From contig JAFUKI010000057.1 in the NCBI GenBank assembly GCA_017467815.1, positions 72,155 to 136,154 of the forward strand: a stretch of DNA of 64,000 nucleotides, given 5' to 3'. This stretch comes from Clostridia bacterium. Its GTDB lineage: Bacteria > Bacillota > Clostridia > Oscillospirales > CAG-272. Position 1 is the stretch's first letter; every line of letters starts with the position of its first letter. Positions 37,901 to 46,335 of the stretch are shown here, piece by piece. The notes beneath the pieces were generated by a model. It saw only the letters and a program-made list of their open reading frames with translations, searched no databases and had not been told where the DNA came from. The position numbers and the translations under genes are program-made.

Positions 37901-38711
37901 CAGTCAGCCGGATGTTACGACCAATGCCGCTTACTCTATTGTTGGTGCAAAGATAACAGGATTACGGAAACTGGCAGAAGCGGATACTTCAACAGAGGAA
38001 GACTGTGCTGTGGAAATCTATCTGCTGGAATACCGACTCAAACCCGACCATCCGGAAAATGTCCCGGCGATCGAAGGTATGGTTATGGAAGACGGCTGGA
38101 TCACGGAATCCTTCCGCGGCTGTCAGCCTTATCTGATCCTGTACCGGAACTCAACAAGCGGCACGGATGTATATACACGAATCACCACCGCAGATTCCGG
38201 TATGATTCTCGAATCCGCTGATGAAGAAACTATGCAGTGGTATTATGCTGAACTGGCAAAGGATCTGTACGAAGCATGGCGTCGGACGCAGGAGGTGACG
38301 TTCACAGGCATTATCACGGATTGGAATATTGTTTCTCCTGATGAAGATGGTGTCAGTATTCTGGATCTGAACATGGTAGAATTCATCACCTCGGAAGACA
38401 CGGAGCGTATTAAAGAACTGGAATTAAACTGGCAGGATATGCCCAACGGATACTATATCCATGATCCGGATGATCAGATGACAACACTGAAACTTCCCGA
38501 AAACACGGAATTTGTTTTCTACGACTGGTGGGATATATTTAATACTGTGGAAGATCCGCGGTATACAGTTACGGACGGGCGATGGATCACCACATCGGAT
38601 AGTGCCACATTTGCAGAGTATCTGAAAACCTATGACCCACATCCGGGTATGCCTTTCATCTTTACCGCAACGGAAGAAAGACTGACGATACAGGAAATTT
38701 TCGTACCCTGA
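34923..38711 (+). CDS. BlaR1/MecR1-like M56 family membrane metalloprotease with ~950-aa non-canonical ectodomain
   Basis: ATGA overlap with the repressor gene. TM helices and HEQAH zinc motif (aa 188-192). Last TM around aa 288-307. A long C-terminal region contains two related modules (aa ~539-780 and ~808-1127). Confidence 0.85.
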   Translation: MSEVFLKMINMSITASWLVLAVFILRFVLKKAPKWGNVLLWGIVAVRLLFPFSIESALSLIPSTQTIPLNIELNTVPAINSGIPVINNVVNPIIVESNTPAPGTSVNPLQIAVAVCANIWILGIAAMLLYTTVSYLHLRRRVGSAVLYRDNIFQSENVDSPFVLGIVKPRIYTPFGLDDHSLEYVIAHEQAHIRRRDHWWKPFGFLLLAVHWFNPILWLAYVLFCRDIELACDEKVIREMDDRERANYSQALLDCSVNRRLISACPLAFGEVGVRARIKSVLHYKKPAFWIILLALLVCAVTAVCFLTDPVTVRNPWVQEYEPGAENSIGSVDKEKYESISADFSIGADKYGRAVFKDPEKAFDTLKILYAEGIALIREEQGLGALSHRNFDLYKKFGWQVTGGTEEAREQAAFVSRFLDIYENSFTKDTPNTDLPEVTREYEWEIEMLLVSNISPRHLTYEELKNQQEEIWEYTNATVSASQIIEYQQKIESVDYRSGDQYVTVYVRDFTDEDIQRFEKTFGHFSYVLVQIPMEWIRGTAWEWAQQIAEEKGLTLDRSTEHIVFIETGRHMGAMYVDYSVADSISWIRVYFYRDENGNYVPDLLNQRPWVPNTLVDATISVTLDVPYAVPEAVLSLGAGLVKQEVYDYNQYATSPYSLTGAKITALERIAEVETEPDCAVEMYRLEYKVIPDDPDTALEYGRTMDNGCINEPITAGQPYLVMYRSSADGTDVYTRISISDSLLLPDYETAEMLTEYGDPYTAMAMELYERFISMQEVTFPDDITDTTEFNEENQQLLFGTPTSWFYDTAWAIAMQTAAEQGLTLDKETGTITHSENGEYVGVEYYEADGVKHVRVAFFRDENGEYSTQPTPSSDVPASLLQAAYETACGVYDGVLSDTPYAIRGSVNENYLEIIFQAADKTMYVGALYVRNSEKDDWIPMPGTPTVIYDPTRWDNTESMIISIDFDYAVPQAVTDWAAELVKQEIDNHNILNSQPDVTTNAAYSIVGAKITGLRKLAEADTSTEEDCAVEIYLLEYRLKPDHPENVPAIEGMVMEDGWITESFRGCQPYLILYRNSTSGTDVYTRITTADSGMILESADEETMQWYYAELAKDLYEAWRRTQEVTFTGIITDWNIVSPDEDGVSILDLNMVEFITSEDTERIKELELNWQDMPNGYYIHDPDDQMTTLKLPENTEFVFYDWWDIFNTVEDPRYTVTDGRWITTSDSATFAEYLKTYDPHPGMPFIFTATEERLTIQEIFVP

Positions 38712-38724
38712 ATAAGCACAAACC

Positions 38725-38768
38725 AAAACAGACCGACACCATTTTTCCGTGATGCCGGTCTGTTTTTC
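38725..38768. terminator. bidirectional hairpin terminator
   Basis: AAAACAGACCG...CGGTCTGTTTTT between convergent genes. Confidence 0.5.
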
Positions 38769-38775
38769 TATTCAC

Positions 38776-39192
38776 TTATCCGATCTTCTTATTAAACCGT
38801 TCTGCGGCGGCTTTTACGGAGAAATACACCGCCAGCCAGATCACAAAATAGCATACAACAAATATTACGCTGAAAATCACCAGTACCATCGGCTCAAAGG
38901 GAATCCAGGAGTTCAGCAGATAGCATCCTGCATAAGTGATATACAGAATCGTCAGGTGGAAAAACAGGGACTTTCCCACGGACCAATGCTCGATCTGGTT
39001 GAACACGCTGACTCCTGCCTGTACGAATGCGAGGATGTATGTGGAGACCACCGCGGTCAGCACTTCTCCCCCTGTCAGGGAAAAATCCTGTATGGTACAG
39101 CCCAGTATGGCGAAAACGATAGCGGCAACAATCGGACCGAATCCCCCGAAAAGCATACCGCGGTGCAAAAATGATTTTACATATGGATTCAT
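38776..39192 (-). CDS. DUF3021-like membrane protein
   Basis: 138 aa with four TM segments, immediately downstream (1-nt gap) of a LytTR regulator. This is the usual LytTR/DUF3021 pairing. Confidence 0.7.
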   Translation of the reverse strand: MNPYVKSFLHRGMLFGGFGPIVAAIVFAILGCTIQDFSLTGGEVLTAVVSTYILAFVQAGVSVFNQIEHWSVGKSLFFHLTILYITYAGCYLLNSWIPFEPMVLVIFSVIFVVCYFVIWLAVYFSVKAAAERFNKKIG

Positions 39193-39193
39193 A

Positions 39194-39712
39194 TTAAATA
39201 CCTAACCTTTCTTTGACCGATCTCATTTGTCTCCGGGACACGTAATCCCGGTATCCGTTTTTGAGGATCACCACCAGGGAGCCGCCGATGGATACGTCAA
39301 ACTTCCTGATCTGGGATATATTTACGAGACAGGACTGGTTGACTTTAAGAAAATCATCGGGATACAGTTCTTCCAGGCTGTAGAGTCTTTCCCTGACCTG
39401 GTATTTTCCCTCTTTCGCAGAAGCAAACACCTTATTCCCCTCCGTGAAAAAGCAATACACATTTTCTGTCCCGAGCTTCACAATGTCCTGCCCGGAATAA
39501 CCGTAGAGAACATCTGCCGGTCCTTTCAGCAGGGCTTCCATCCTGTCCAGTATCTCTGAGGTTTGTCTGGCAGATATGAGAATGTCCTCCTTCTGCTTTG
39601 GATTGATTTCAATTCTGTATTTCATTCTTTCCGCAGCACGGCAGTCGTCAGTCCGTATCAACGATTCATGAAACTGTTTGTTTTGTGCCCGCTCACTGTT
39701 TGTTTTATCCAT
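39194..39712 (-). CDS. LytTR family DNA-binding protein (no receiver domain)
   Basis: C-terminal LytTR domain (VYCFFTEGNKVFASAKEGKYQVRERLYSLEE...FLKVNQSCLVNISQIRKF). AGGAGA RBS before ATG 39712. An alternative internal start (MKYRIEI, 39625) is possible. Confidence 0.8.
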   Translation of the reverse strand: MDKTNSERAQNKQFHESLIRTDDCRAAERMKYRIEINPKQKEDILISARQTSEILDRMEALLKGPADVLYGYSGQDIVKLGTENVYCFFTEGNKVFASAKEGKYQVRERLYSLEELYPDDFLKVNQSCLVNISQIRKFDVSIGGSLVVILKNGYRDYVSRRQMRSVKERLGI

Positions 39713-39843
39713 TTTAAACTTTTCTCCTGTTTTCTGTTCACGCGTGATACCGGTCCCTCCCGGTATTTACATTGTATCGCAGATCATCCGTGAAGTCAAT
39801 GGTTTTGACGTATGCGGCAGTTTTGTCATAATATCCGGCAAAC

Positions 39844-39890
39844 AGAAAAATCCCACCCTGACCTTCCGGGAAAGAAAGTCGGGGTGGGGT
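39844..39890 (-). terminator. rho-independent terminator of the mannitol-dehydrogenase-family gene
   Basis: On the minus strand: ACCCCACCCCGAC-loop-GTCAGGGTGGGAT followed by TTTTTCT. Confidence 0.5.
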
Positions 39891-39907
39891 TTGTGTTTCG
39901 TTTGGGT

Positions 39908-41074
39908 TTATTCCAGAATCGCATCCGCTGCCGCAACGATTTCCATATAATCCGCACCGGCAGAGAATTTTTCGTACAGTGCCAACGCAGTTTCTTTATA
40001 GGCACCTTCGGATACACCGGTCAGTTCCGCGAATACCTTATCCGCATCACCGCCGTTTTCACGGATGTATACACACAGGGCAGCGGCGGCACCTGCGGCA
40101 ATATACACCGGTTTGCCCCCTGCTTCCATTACGGAAAGGGATGCGCCGGTCAGTCTGTCGGCATTCGCCAGTTTTCTCGGAATGTCCGCGCCAACTCTGG
40201 CACAGGTATCTCCAAGGGCTGTATTGCCGAAACGACGGATCAGGTCGTTGGTATGTTCGATCAGCACTTCGAAGGGCTGGCTGAAGCGCTTTGCCAGAGC
40301 AACGGCACTTTCCGTCATGGCTTCTCTGACGATCAGACGGATTTTGGGGTCAGCAATCGCTTCGCTGATGTAGGTATATCCTTTCAGCATCCCCAGATAG
40401 GCGCAGATGGCGTGTCCCATATTGTGGATGTACAGCTTCCGTTCAATAATAAAGCGGAAAGGGGCGATGGGGGACAGGGCGGGCATAACGGGAATCTCAC
40501 CCTTGAAAGCATCCTTATCGCAGGGGAGATCCAGAAAACTTTCCGCACGAACCAGCAGAGGATCGATTTTCGCCAGTTCCGGATCCGGTACGGGTACCAT
40601 ACGTCCTACGGAAGTTTCGATCAGTCCTACATTTGCCAGTTCGTCCGGTGTCAGTTCCGGTTCCAGCAGAGAATGGATGTATTTGTCCGCATCCATCAGG
40701 TTTTCGCAGATCAGGAGATTGAAGGGTCTGCCGGTTTCTCCGTGACGCAGTCTGATACCGCCTGCCAGATTGGGAATGATGTACTTCAGCGCTTTTGCCC
40801 CTACGCAGGTAACGCAGATATCCGAGTCCGCGATCACACGGCAGGCTTTTTCCCTGTCATTTCCGTTGACGGCGGAAACATTGCGGATCATAACCCGATG
40901 GGAAGCGCCGGTTTTTACAATTTCAACAGGATATTCATGCCGCTCATTCAGGGCATTCACAATTACTTCGGATACATCCACAAAACACACATTGTATCCG
41001 CCTTCATACAGAATCTGCGCCGCAAAACCGCGTCCGATATTGCCGGCACCGATGATTACCGCATTTTTAGTCAT
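39908..41074 (-). CDS. mannitol dehydrogenase family protein (mannitol-1-phosphate 5-dehydrogenase-like)
   Basis: N-terminus AVIIGAGNIGRGFAAQIL...FVDV, as in MtlD. 388 aa. Confidence 0.75.
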   Translation of the reverse strand: MTKNAVIIGAGNIGRGFAAQILYEGGYNVCFVDVSEVIVNALNERHEYPVEIVKTGASHRVMIRNVSAVNGNDREKACRVIADSDICVTCVGAKALKYIIPNLAGGIRLRHGETGRPFNLLICENLMDADKYIHSLLEPELTPDELANVGLIETSVGRMVPVPDPELAKIDPLLVRAESFLDLPCDKDAFKGEIPVMPALSPIAPFRFIIERKLYIHNMGHAICAYLGMLKGYTYISEAIADPKIRLIVREAMTESAVALAKRFSQPFEVLIEHTNDLIRRFGNTALGDTCARVGADIPRKLANADRLTGASLSVMEAGGKPVYIAAGAAAALCVYIRENGGDADKVFAELTGVSEGAYKETALALYEKFSAGADYMEIVAAADAILE

Positions 41075-41102
41075 AGTCGTATTCTCCGTTTAGTATTTTC
41101 CT

Positions 41103-42113
41103 TTATGCAAGTTTGCCGTTTTCCACGATCTTCCGGATTTCCTCTGCCGTACGCATACCGCTGATGGAATCGGCTGCGGTCAGGTTACACACAGCGGCAG
41201 CAGATGCAAAATCAAGGAGATCGTCATTGTCAATACCGGTGTACAGACCGTACAGACAGCCTGCACAGAACGCATCGCCTGCGCCCACTTTTCCGGCAAT
41301 CAGAGCAGGATCAATGTCAACCGCAGGAGCATAGGTAAACGCTCCGTTGGCATCCAGCATGAAACCTGCTTCCTTACTGTGCAGGATCACGCGGTCTTTT
41401 ACCCCAAGATCCATCATCATCTTCATGGTTGCATACATATTGTCCGGATCCATGGAACCGTCCTCTTTGCGGGGATTCAGTCCGGACACGCCGCAGCCTT
41501 CGATTTCGTTCATGATGGCGTAATTGCAGTATTTCAGAGCAGGTACGATTTTTTCCTTGAAGCGGAGAGAAGAATCGCTTACCACGTCAATGGAAGTTTT
41601 GATCCCCTTCGCCTGGATTTTCGCCAGCAAACGCGCCAGTCTTGTACCGTATTCTTCATCAGCTTCGTCCATGGTGTCCAACAGCAGGATATAACCGATG
41701 TGGAAAATATCGCAGTCCAGTGCGTCCACATCAATATCTTCCGGGGCAAACAGGGCATTGGCGCCTCTTGCGTGGAAGAAGGTACGTTCTCCGGTGGAAA
41801 CATCACTCATAACATCGGAAAAGCTGGTGGGGGCATCGGGAGTAACGATCACTCCGTCGGTATTGATTCCATGCGCCTGCATCATGGCGGTGACATACTG
41901 ACCGTAGGCATCATCGCCCACTCTGCCCAGTGCAGTGATCGGGATATTCGGATCTATTTTTGCAAGGTCGATGGCTGTATTGGGTACGGCGCCGCCGACT
42001 GCCTGTTTAACGGAAGTGATGGTGGCCAGCATCCCCACCTGCGGAAAGCCGGTGATGTTTTTCACAACGTCCACTAAGATATTCCCGGCAAACACAATTC
42101 CGGATCTTGACAT
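41103..42113 (-). CDS. PfkB family carbohydrate kinase
   Basis: Ribokinase-like fold motifs GGAVPNTAIDL and C-terminal GAGDAFCAG. 336 aa. Confidence 0.85.
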   Translation of the reverse strand: MSRSGIVFAGNILVDVVKNITGFPQVGMLATITSVKQAVGGAVPNTAIDLAKIDPNIPITALGRVGDDAYGQYVTAMMQAHGINTDGVIVTPDAPTSFSDVMSDVSTGERTFFHARGANALFAPEDIDVDALDCDIFHIGYILLLDTMDEADEEYGTRLARLLAKIQAKGIKTSIDVVSDSSLRFKEKIVPALKYCNYAIMNEIEGCGVSGLNPRKEDGSMDPDNMYATMKMMMDLGVKDRVILHSKEAGFMLDANGAFTYAPAVDIDPALIAGKVGAGDAFCAGCLYGLYTGIDNDDLLDFASAAAVCNLTAADSISGMRTAEEIRKIVENGKLA

Positions 42114-42432
42114 AACAAACCTCCTGGCTATATGTAAAAAAATGTATTTTGGATTTCCTGCACATATTATATCACATATCCCAAAGGGAAGTCAAGGTCA
42201 TTCCCCTTCCATCACGCCGTCATGAGAATATTTTCCGTCATGTATATACACAAAATTCCCCCATTATCTTATTATATTTACACAAACTTGTTGAAAAAAC
42301 AACCGATTTGTGGTATCATATCTCTATACTATTGAAAAACCGGAAACAGTGCGGAGATCACAAAGCATCCGATACGGTTTCCGGCATATCTGCAGCAATA
42401 CAAATTCAAATCTATGGAGGAAACGAACACCA

Positions 42433-44502
42433 ATGAATCAGATGGACAAAAAATACGAAGCGTTGTTTACCCCGTGGAAGATCGGTAATGTGGAGATCAA
42501 AAACCGAATCGTGATGTGCCCGATGGGCGGCACTTCCCTGTTCGGCTGGTTTGAGCTGGGCGGCTGCCACTTCGACAGAGAAGCCGCAAAACTCTTTCTG
42601 GAAAGAGCAAACAACAATGTAGGTCTTATCATCCCCGGTATTGCCCCCCTGAGAGATACCTTCTGGGGTAAGTGGCTGTGGCAGAATCCGAAGATGTTTG
42701 ACGAGCTGAAAGTGTTTATGGAGGAGATCCACAAAACCGGTGCCAAACTGTTTATTCAGCTGACTGCCGGTATGGGCCGTTCCTGGGCGATCACCGAACT
42801 GGTAGCTCCCCTCCACAAAAACAAATTCACCCGCGCACTGATCAAGCCCATCATCGACACCTCCCACGAACTGGCATGCCCCAGTGAACAGCCCTCCCGC
42901 TGGGCACACGATATTATCTGTCCCGAAATGACGGTGGAACAGATTCACGAAATCATCGAAGCCTTTGCCAAGACCGCAAAGCTGTGCAAGGAAGCCGGTG
43001 TTGATGGTGTGGAAGTCCACGCTGTACACGAAGGATATCTGCTGGACCAGTTCTCTATCGAATTCTTCAACAAACGAACCGACGATTACGGCGGAAGCTT
43101 TGAAAACCGTTACCGTTTTGCGGCAGAAGTTGTCAAAGCCATCAAAGAAGCCTGCGGTACGGAATATCCTGTATCCCTGCGTTATTCCGTAGAATCCAAG
43201 ATGAAAGGATTCTGTGAAGGTGCGATGCCGGGCGAAACATACACCGAAGTGGGCAGAAACATGGAAGAATCCGAAAAGGCGGTAAAGTATCTGCAGGATG
43301 CCGGATACGATATGCTCAATGCGGACAACGGTACCTACGACTCCTGGTACTGGGCGCATCCGCCGATGTATATGCCGGAAAACTGCAACCTGGACGATGT
43401 TGCCCATATCAAGCAATTCGTGGACATTCCCGTGGTATGCGCCGGCAGAATGGATGCGGAAACCGGTGCAAAAGCCGTTGCGGAAGGCAGAATTGACGCT
43501 GTGGGTGTTGCCCGTCAGTTCCTCACCGACCCGGAATGGATCACCAAGCTGATCGAAAACAGATTGGAAGACATCAAACCCTGCATCTGCTGTCACAGCG
43601 GCTGTTTCAATTTCTCCTCCTCCAAGGGTCACGCCAACACCCAGGATCTGACGGATACCATGGGTCTGGCGCGCTGTGCCCTCAATCCCGAAACCATGCA
43701 GTCCACAAAATACTTTGTTGAACCCGCCAAGGTGCAGAAGAATATTGCCATCATCGGCGGCGGTATCGGCGGTATGGAAGCAGCCATTCTCTGTGCAAAG
43801 CGCGGACATAAGGTTACCCTTTACGAAAAAACCGGTGAACTGGGCGGTGTATTCATTGCGGCTGCTGCGCCTTCCTTCAAGGAAAAAGACCGCGCACTGA
43901 TCGCCTGGTACATCCGCGAGCTGTCCAAGCATCCCATTACAGTGAAACTGAACACCGAAATCACCGATGTGAAATCCCTTGATGCTGACGAAATCATTGT
44001 GGCAACCGGCGCAAAAGCCAAGAAGATTCCCGTAAAGGGGGCAGAGAGTGCCATTGAAGCGGTTGATTTCCTGCTGGGCAAGGCGGAAGTCGGCGAAAAT
44101 GTCACCATCATCGGCGGCGGTCTGACCGGCTGTGAAATCGCTTACGAACTGTATCTCCGGGGTAAAAAGCCTACCATTGTGGAAATGCAGGATGACCTGA
44201 TCACCACAAAGGGTATTTGCCTTGCCAACACCAGTTACCTCCGTGATTTCTTCAAGACCAACAAAGTTCCCGTACATCTGGAAACTTCCCTGTGCGAAAT
44301 CGGCAGCGGTGCGGTCACCGTAAAGGACAAGGATGGCAAAACATTCGATATTCCTGCGGATTCCGTCATTCTGTCCGTTGGTTACACCCCCGATCCCGTG
44401 TCCCCCAAGGGCAAGCATATTCACGTTGTCGGCGATGCTTCCCAGGTGGGCAACCTGAGAACGGTTATCTGGGGCGCATGGAATGTGTGCATGAAACTCT
44501 GA
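42433..44502 (+). CDS. 2-enoate reductase / 2,4-dienoyl-CoA reductase-like flavoprotein (OYE domain + Fe-S + FAD/NAD(P) domain)
   Basis: OYE-like N-terminus (IKNRIVMCPMGG, VEVHAVHEGYLLDQF...YGGSFENRYR), Cys cluster CICCHSGC...C, dinucleotide motifs IIGGGIGG and IIGGGLTG. Start moved to ATG 42433 behind GGAGGA. Confidence 0.85.
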   Translation: MNQMDKKYEALFTPWKIGNVEIKNRIVMCPMGGTSLFGWFELGGCHFDREAAKLFLERANNNVGLIIPGIAPLRDTFWGKWLWQNPKMFDELKVFMEEIHKTGAKLFIQLTAGMGRSWAITELVAPLHKNKFTRALIKPIIDTSHELACPSEQPSRWAHDIICPEMTVEQIHEIIEAFAKTAKLCKEAGVDGVEVHAVHEGYLLDQFSIEFFNKRTDDYGGSFENRYRFAAEVVKAIKEACGTEYPVSLRYSVESKMKGFCEGAMPGETYTEVGRNMEESEKAVKYLQDAGYDMLNADNGTYDSWYWAHPPMYMPENCNLDDVAHIKQFVDIPVVCAGRMDAETGAKAVAEGRIDAVGVARQFLTDPEWITKLIENRLEDIKPCICCHSGCFNFSSSKGHANTQDLTDTMGLARCALNPETMQSTKYFVEPAKVQKNIAIIGGGIGGMEAAILCAKRGHKVTLYEKTGELGGVFIAAAAPSFKEKDRALIAWYIRELSKHPITVKLNTEITDVKSLDADEIIVATGAKAKKIPVKGAESAIEAVDFLLGKAEVGENVTIIGGGLTGCEIAYELYLRGKKPTIVEMQDDLITTKGICLANTSYLRDFFKTNKVPVHLETSLCEIGSGAVTVKDKDGKTFDIPADSVILSVGYTPDPVSPKGKHIHVVGDASQVGNLRTVIWGAWNVCMKL

Positions 44503-44522
44503 TTTGATAAGGAGAATGGATC

Positions 44523-45797
44523 ATGATATTGACAAAAGAACAACAGGCAATCCTGGACGGCGAAAAAGGGGAAACTCTTGCCAAAGTAATGAAAACCCTG
44601 GTAATGTACGGCGAGGCTTTTGAAGCGGAAAAGCTGGTGCCCATTACCTCCAAGTACAACCATCTGGTTACTTCCTTCGGTCTGAAGGTCATGTCCCCTG
44701 TATACGATCTGATGCAGCAGCTTCTGGACGCAGGTGTTTTCTCGGAACAGAAATTCTCCGTAGACCCCCGTCCTCTTGATAATAACGTACCTGCCAACTT
44801 CTTACAGAATCTGGTATTCCGTAAGTTCATGTACACCAAGCAGAATTTCTATGAAGGACAGCTGGAAAAGTTAGGTCTGATGGATAAGGATGCCTTCAGC
44901 TGTACCTGTTACATGGACGAAATGGGCAACAAGCCGCAGAAGGGTGACGTACTCTCCTGGGCAGAATCCAGCGCAGTTGTATATGCCAACTCCGTACTGG
45001 GTGCAAGATGCAACCGTAATTCCGGTATTCTGGACATTATGGGTTCCATCGTAGGCTATGTTCCCTATTTCGGACTTCTGACGGACGAAGGCAGAAAAGC
45101 CACCTGGGTAATCAAGGTACAGACCACCAAAATGCCCGAGGCACAGCTGCTGGGTTCTGCCATCGGTATGAAGGTTATGGAAGATGTACCTTACGTTGTG
45201 GGACTTGACAAATGGATCGGTACCGAACTGAACGATTCTGTCTGCGCTTATCTGAAGGATTTCGGCGCTGCGACCGCATCCAACGGTGCTGTAGGTCTTT
45301 ACCATATCGCAAACCTGACCCCCGAAGCAGTGGAACTGGGGGAAAGCCTCATTGCAGAAGGTGCGCAGGAATACATCATTGACGATGCGGAACTGGAAAG
45401 AGTAAAGAACAATTATCCCGTAATCTGGAAGAATCCCGATGCTTCTCCCAAGCTCTGCTTTGTAGGATGTCCCCATCTTTCCCTGGAACAGCTCAAGGAC
45501 TGGACGGACAAGATCGAAGCCGGACTGAAAAAGAACGGTAAGAAAAAAGTCGGTATTCCCACTGTATTCACAGCTGCTCCCAAGGTACTGGAAGCCTTTG
45601 AGAAAACCGAATATGCGCCCCGTCTGAAGGCTGCCGGCGTAATCACTTCCTATATCTGTCCGCTGATGTACATGAACAATCCCCTTTGCAAGAAGATGCC
45701 TGTCATCACTTCTTCCAACAAGCTGCGTACCTACACCAGCGCAAGATACTACACCGATGAAGAAATTTTGACTGCGATCACAGGAGGTAAGAAGTAA
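44523..45797 (+). CDS. aconitase X catalytic (large) subunit, DUF521
   Basis: 424 aa. N-terminus MILTKEQQAILDGEKGETLAKVMKTLVMYGEAF is typical of DUF521/AcnX. Followed by the small swivel subunit. Confidence 0.8.
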   Translation: MILTKEQQAILDGEKGETLAKVMKTLVMYGEAFEAEKLVPITSKYNHLVTSFGLKVMSPVYDLMQQLLDAGVFSEQKFSVDPRPLDNNVPANFLQNLVFRKFMYTKQNFYEGQLEKLGLMDKDAFSCTCYMDEMGNKPQKGDVLSWAESSAVVYANSVLGARCNRNSGILDIMGSIVGYVPYFGLLTDEGRKATWVIKVQTTKMPEAQLLGSAIGMKVMEDVPYVVGLDKWIGTELNDSVCAYLKDFGAATASNGAVGLYHIANLTPEAVELGESLIAEGAQEYIIDDAELERVKNNYPVIWKNPDASPKLCFVGCPHLSLEQLKDWTDKIEAGLKKNGKKKVGIPTVFTAAPKVLEAFEKTEYAPRLKAAGVITSYICPLMYMNNPLCKKMPVITSSNKLRTYTSARYYTDEEILTAITGGKK

Positions 45798-46243
45798 TGA
45801 AACAATTCCAAGGACGCGTAATCACCCCCGGTGAAGTTACGGCAGAAGCTGTCGTAACCACCCAGGGCTTCAATACATTGGCTTCTCTCCAGATGGCACT
45901 GCAGTTCGGTGACAAGGATGTAAAATGCGGTGACCAGAATAACGAAGAACTCCACGGCAAGCCTCTGATCGGCAAAGCCCTTTGTCTCCCGCAGACCATC
46001 GGTTCCACCACCGGCGGTCTTCTACTGTACTGCGCCTGCGCAATGGAAAAGAATCCTGCGTGTATGCTGTTTGCCAACCACATTGACTCTCTGGCAGCAG
46101 CCGGTGCGGTTCTGGCGGATGTCTGGGTGGATGGCGTTTCCATGCCCGTTGTGGATTCTCTGGGCGATAAATTCCTGCAGTATGTAAAGGACGGCATGAA
46201 GATCACCGTAAAGGCAAACGGTATCGTGGAAGTGGACGGCTAA
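45797..46243 (+). CDS. aconitase X swivel (small) subunit, DUF126
   Basis: 148 aa starting MKQFQGRVITPGEVTAEAVVTTQGF. 1-nt overlap with the large subunit. Confidence 0.8.
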   Translation: MKQFQGRVITPGEVTAEAVVTTQGFNTLASLQMALQFGDKDVKCGDQNNEELHGKPLIGKALCLPQTIGSTTGGLLLYCACAMEKNPACMLFANHIDSLAAAGAVLADVWVDGVSMPVVDSLGDKFLQYVKDGMKITVKANGIVEVDG

Positions 46244-46295
46244 CCCCTCCGTTTGGCAAAACAAATACAAAGAAGTAGTCACAAATATAATTTTC

Positions 46296-46335
46296 GGGGG
46301 AAGGAACACTTTTTGAAAAAAGTTTTCCTTCCCCC
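46296..46335. repeat. palindromic hairpin element 1
   Basis: GGGGGAAGGAA-CACTTTTTGAAAAAAGTT-TTCCTTCCCCC: 11-bp outer stem plus an inner A/T stem. Confidence 0.7.

Noticed and set aside
42310-42432. N-terminal extensions in the ORF track (42310, 8416, 19562, 22272, 25585, 787..1794, 27160, 51188, 55886, 60950, 62288)
   Set aside because: In each case an internal ATG is preceded by a good GGAGG-type RBS at 6-10 nt and coincides with the conserved family N-terminus. The extensions start at TTG or overlap the upstream gene or promoter.
42290-42432. Possible riboswitch or leader upstream of the enoate-reductase operon (stem CCGGAAAC...GTTTCCGG after a TTGAAA-17-TATCAT promoter)
   Set aside because: Only a single 8-bp stem is present. 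There is no terminator or RBS-sequestering alternative and no resemblance to a riboswitch class I know. This is too weak to report.
42412-44424. 670-aa minus-strand ORF opposite the enoate-reductase-like gene; also 39812..41164 (+), 20723..22144 (-), 22344..23318 (-), 13452..15218 (-), 12581..13558 (-) and 11543..12532 (-)
   Set aside because: All mirror genes with clear family motifs on the other strand and are explained by TTA/CTA/TCA avoidance.
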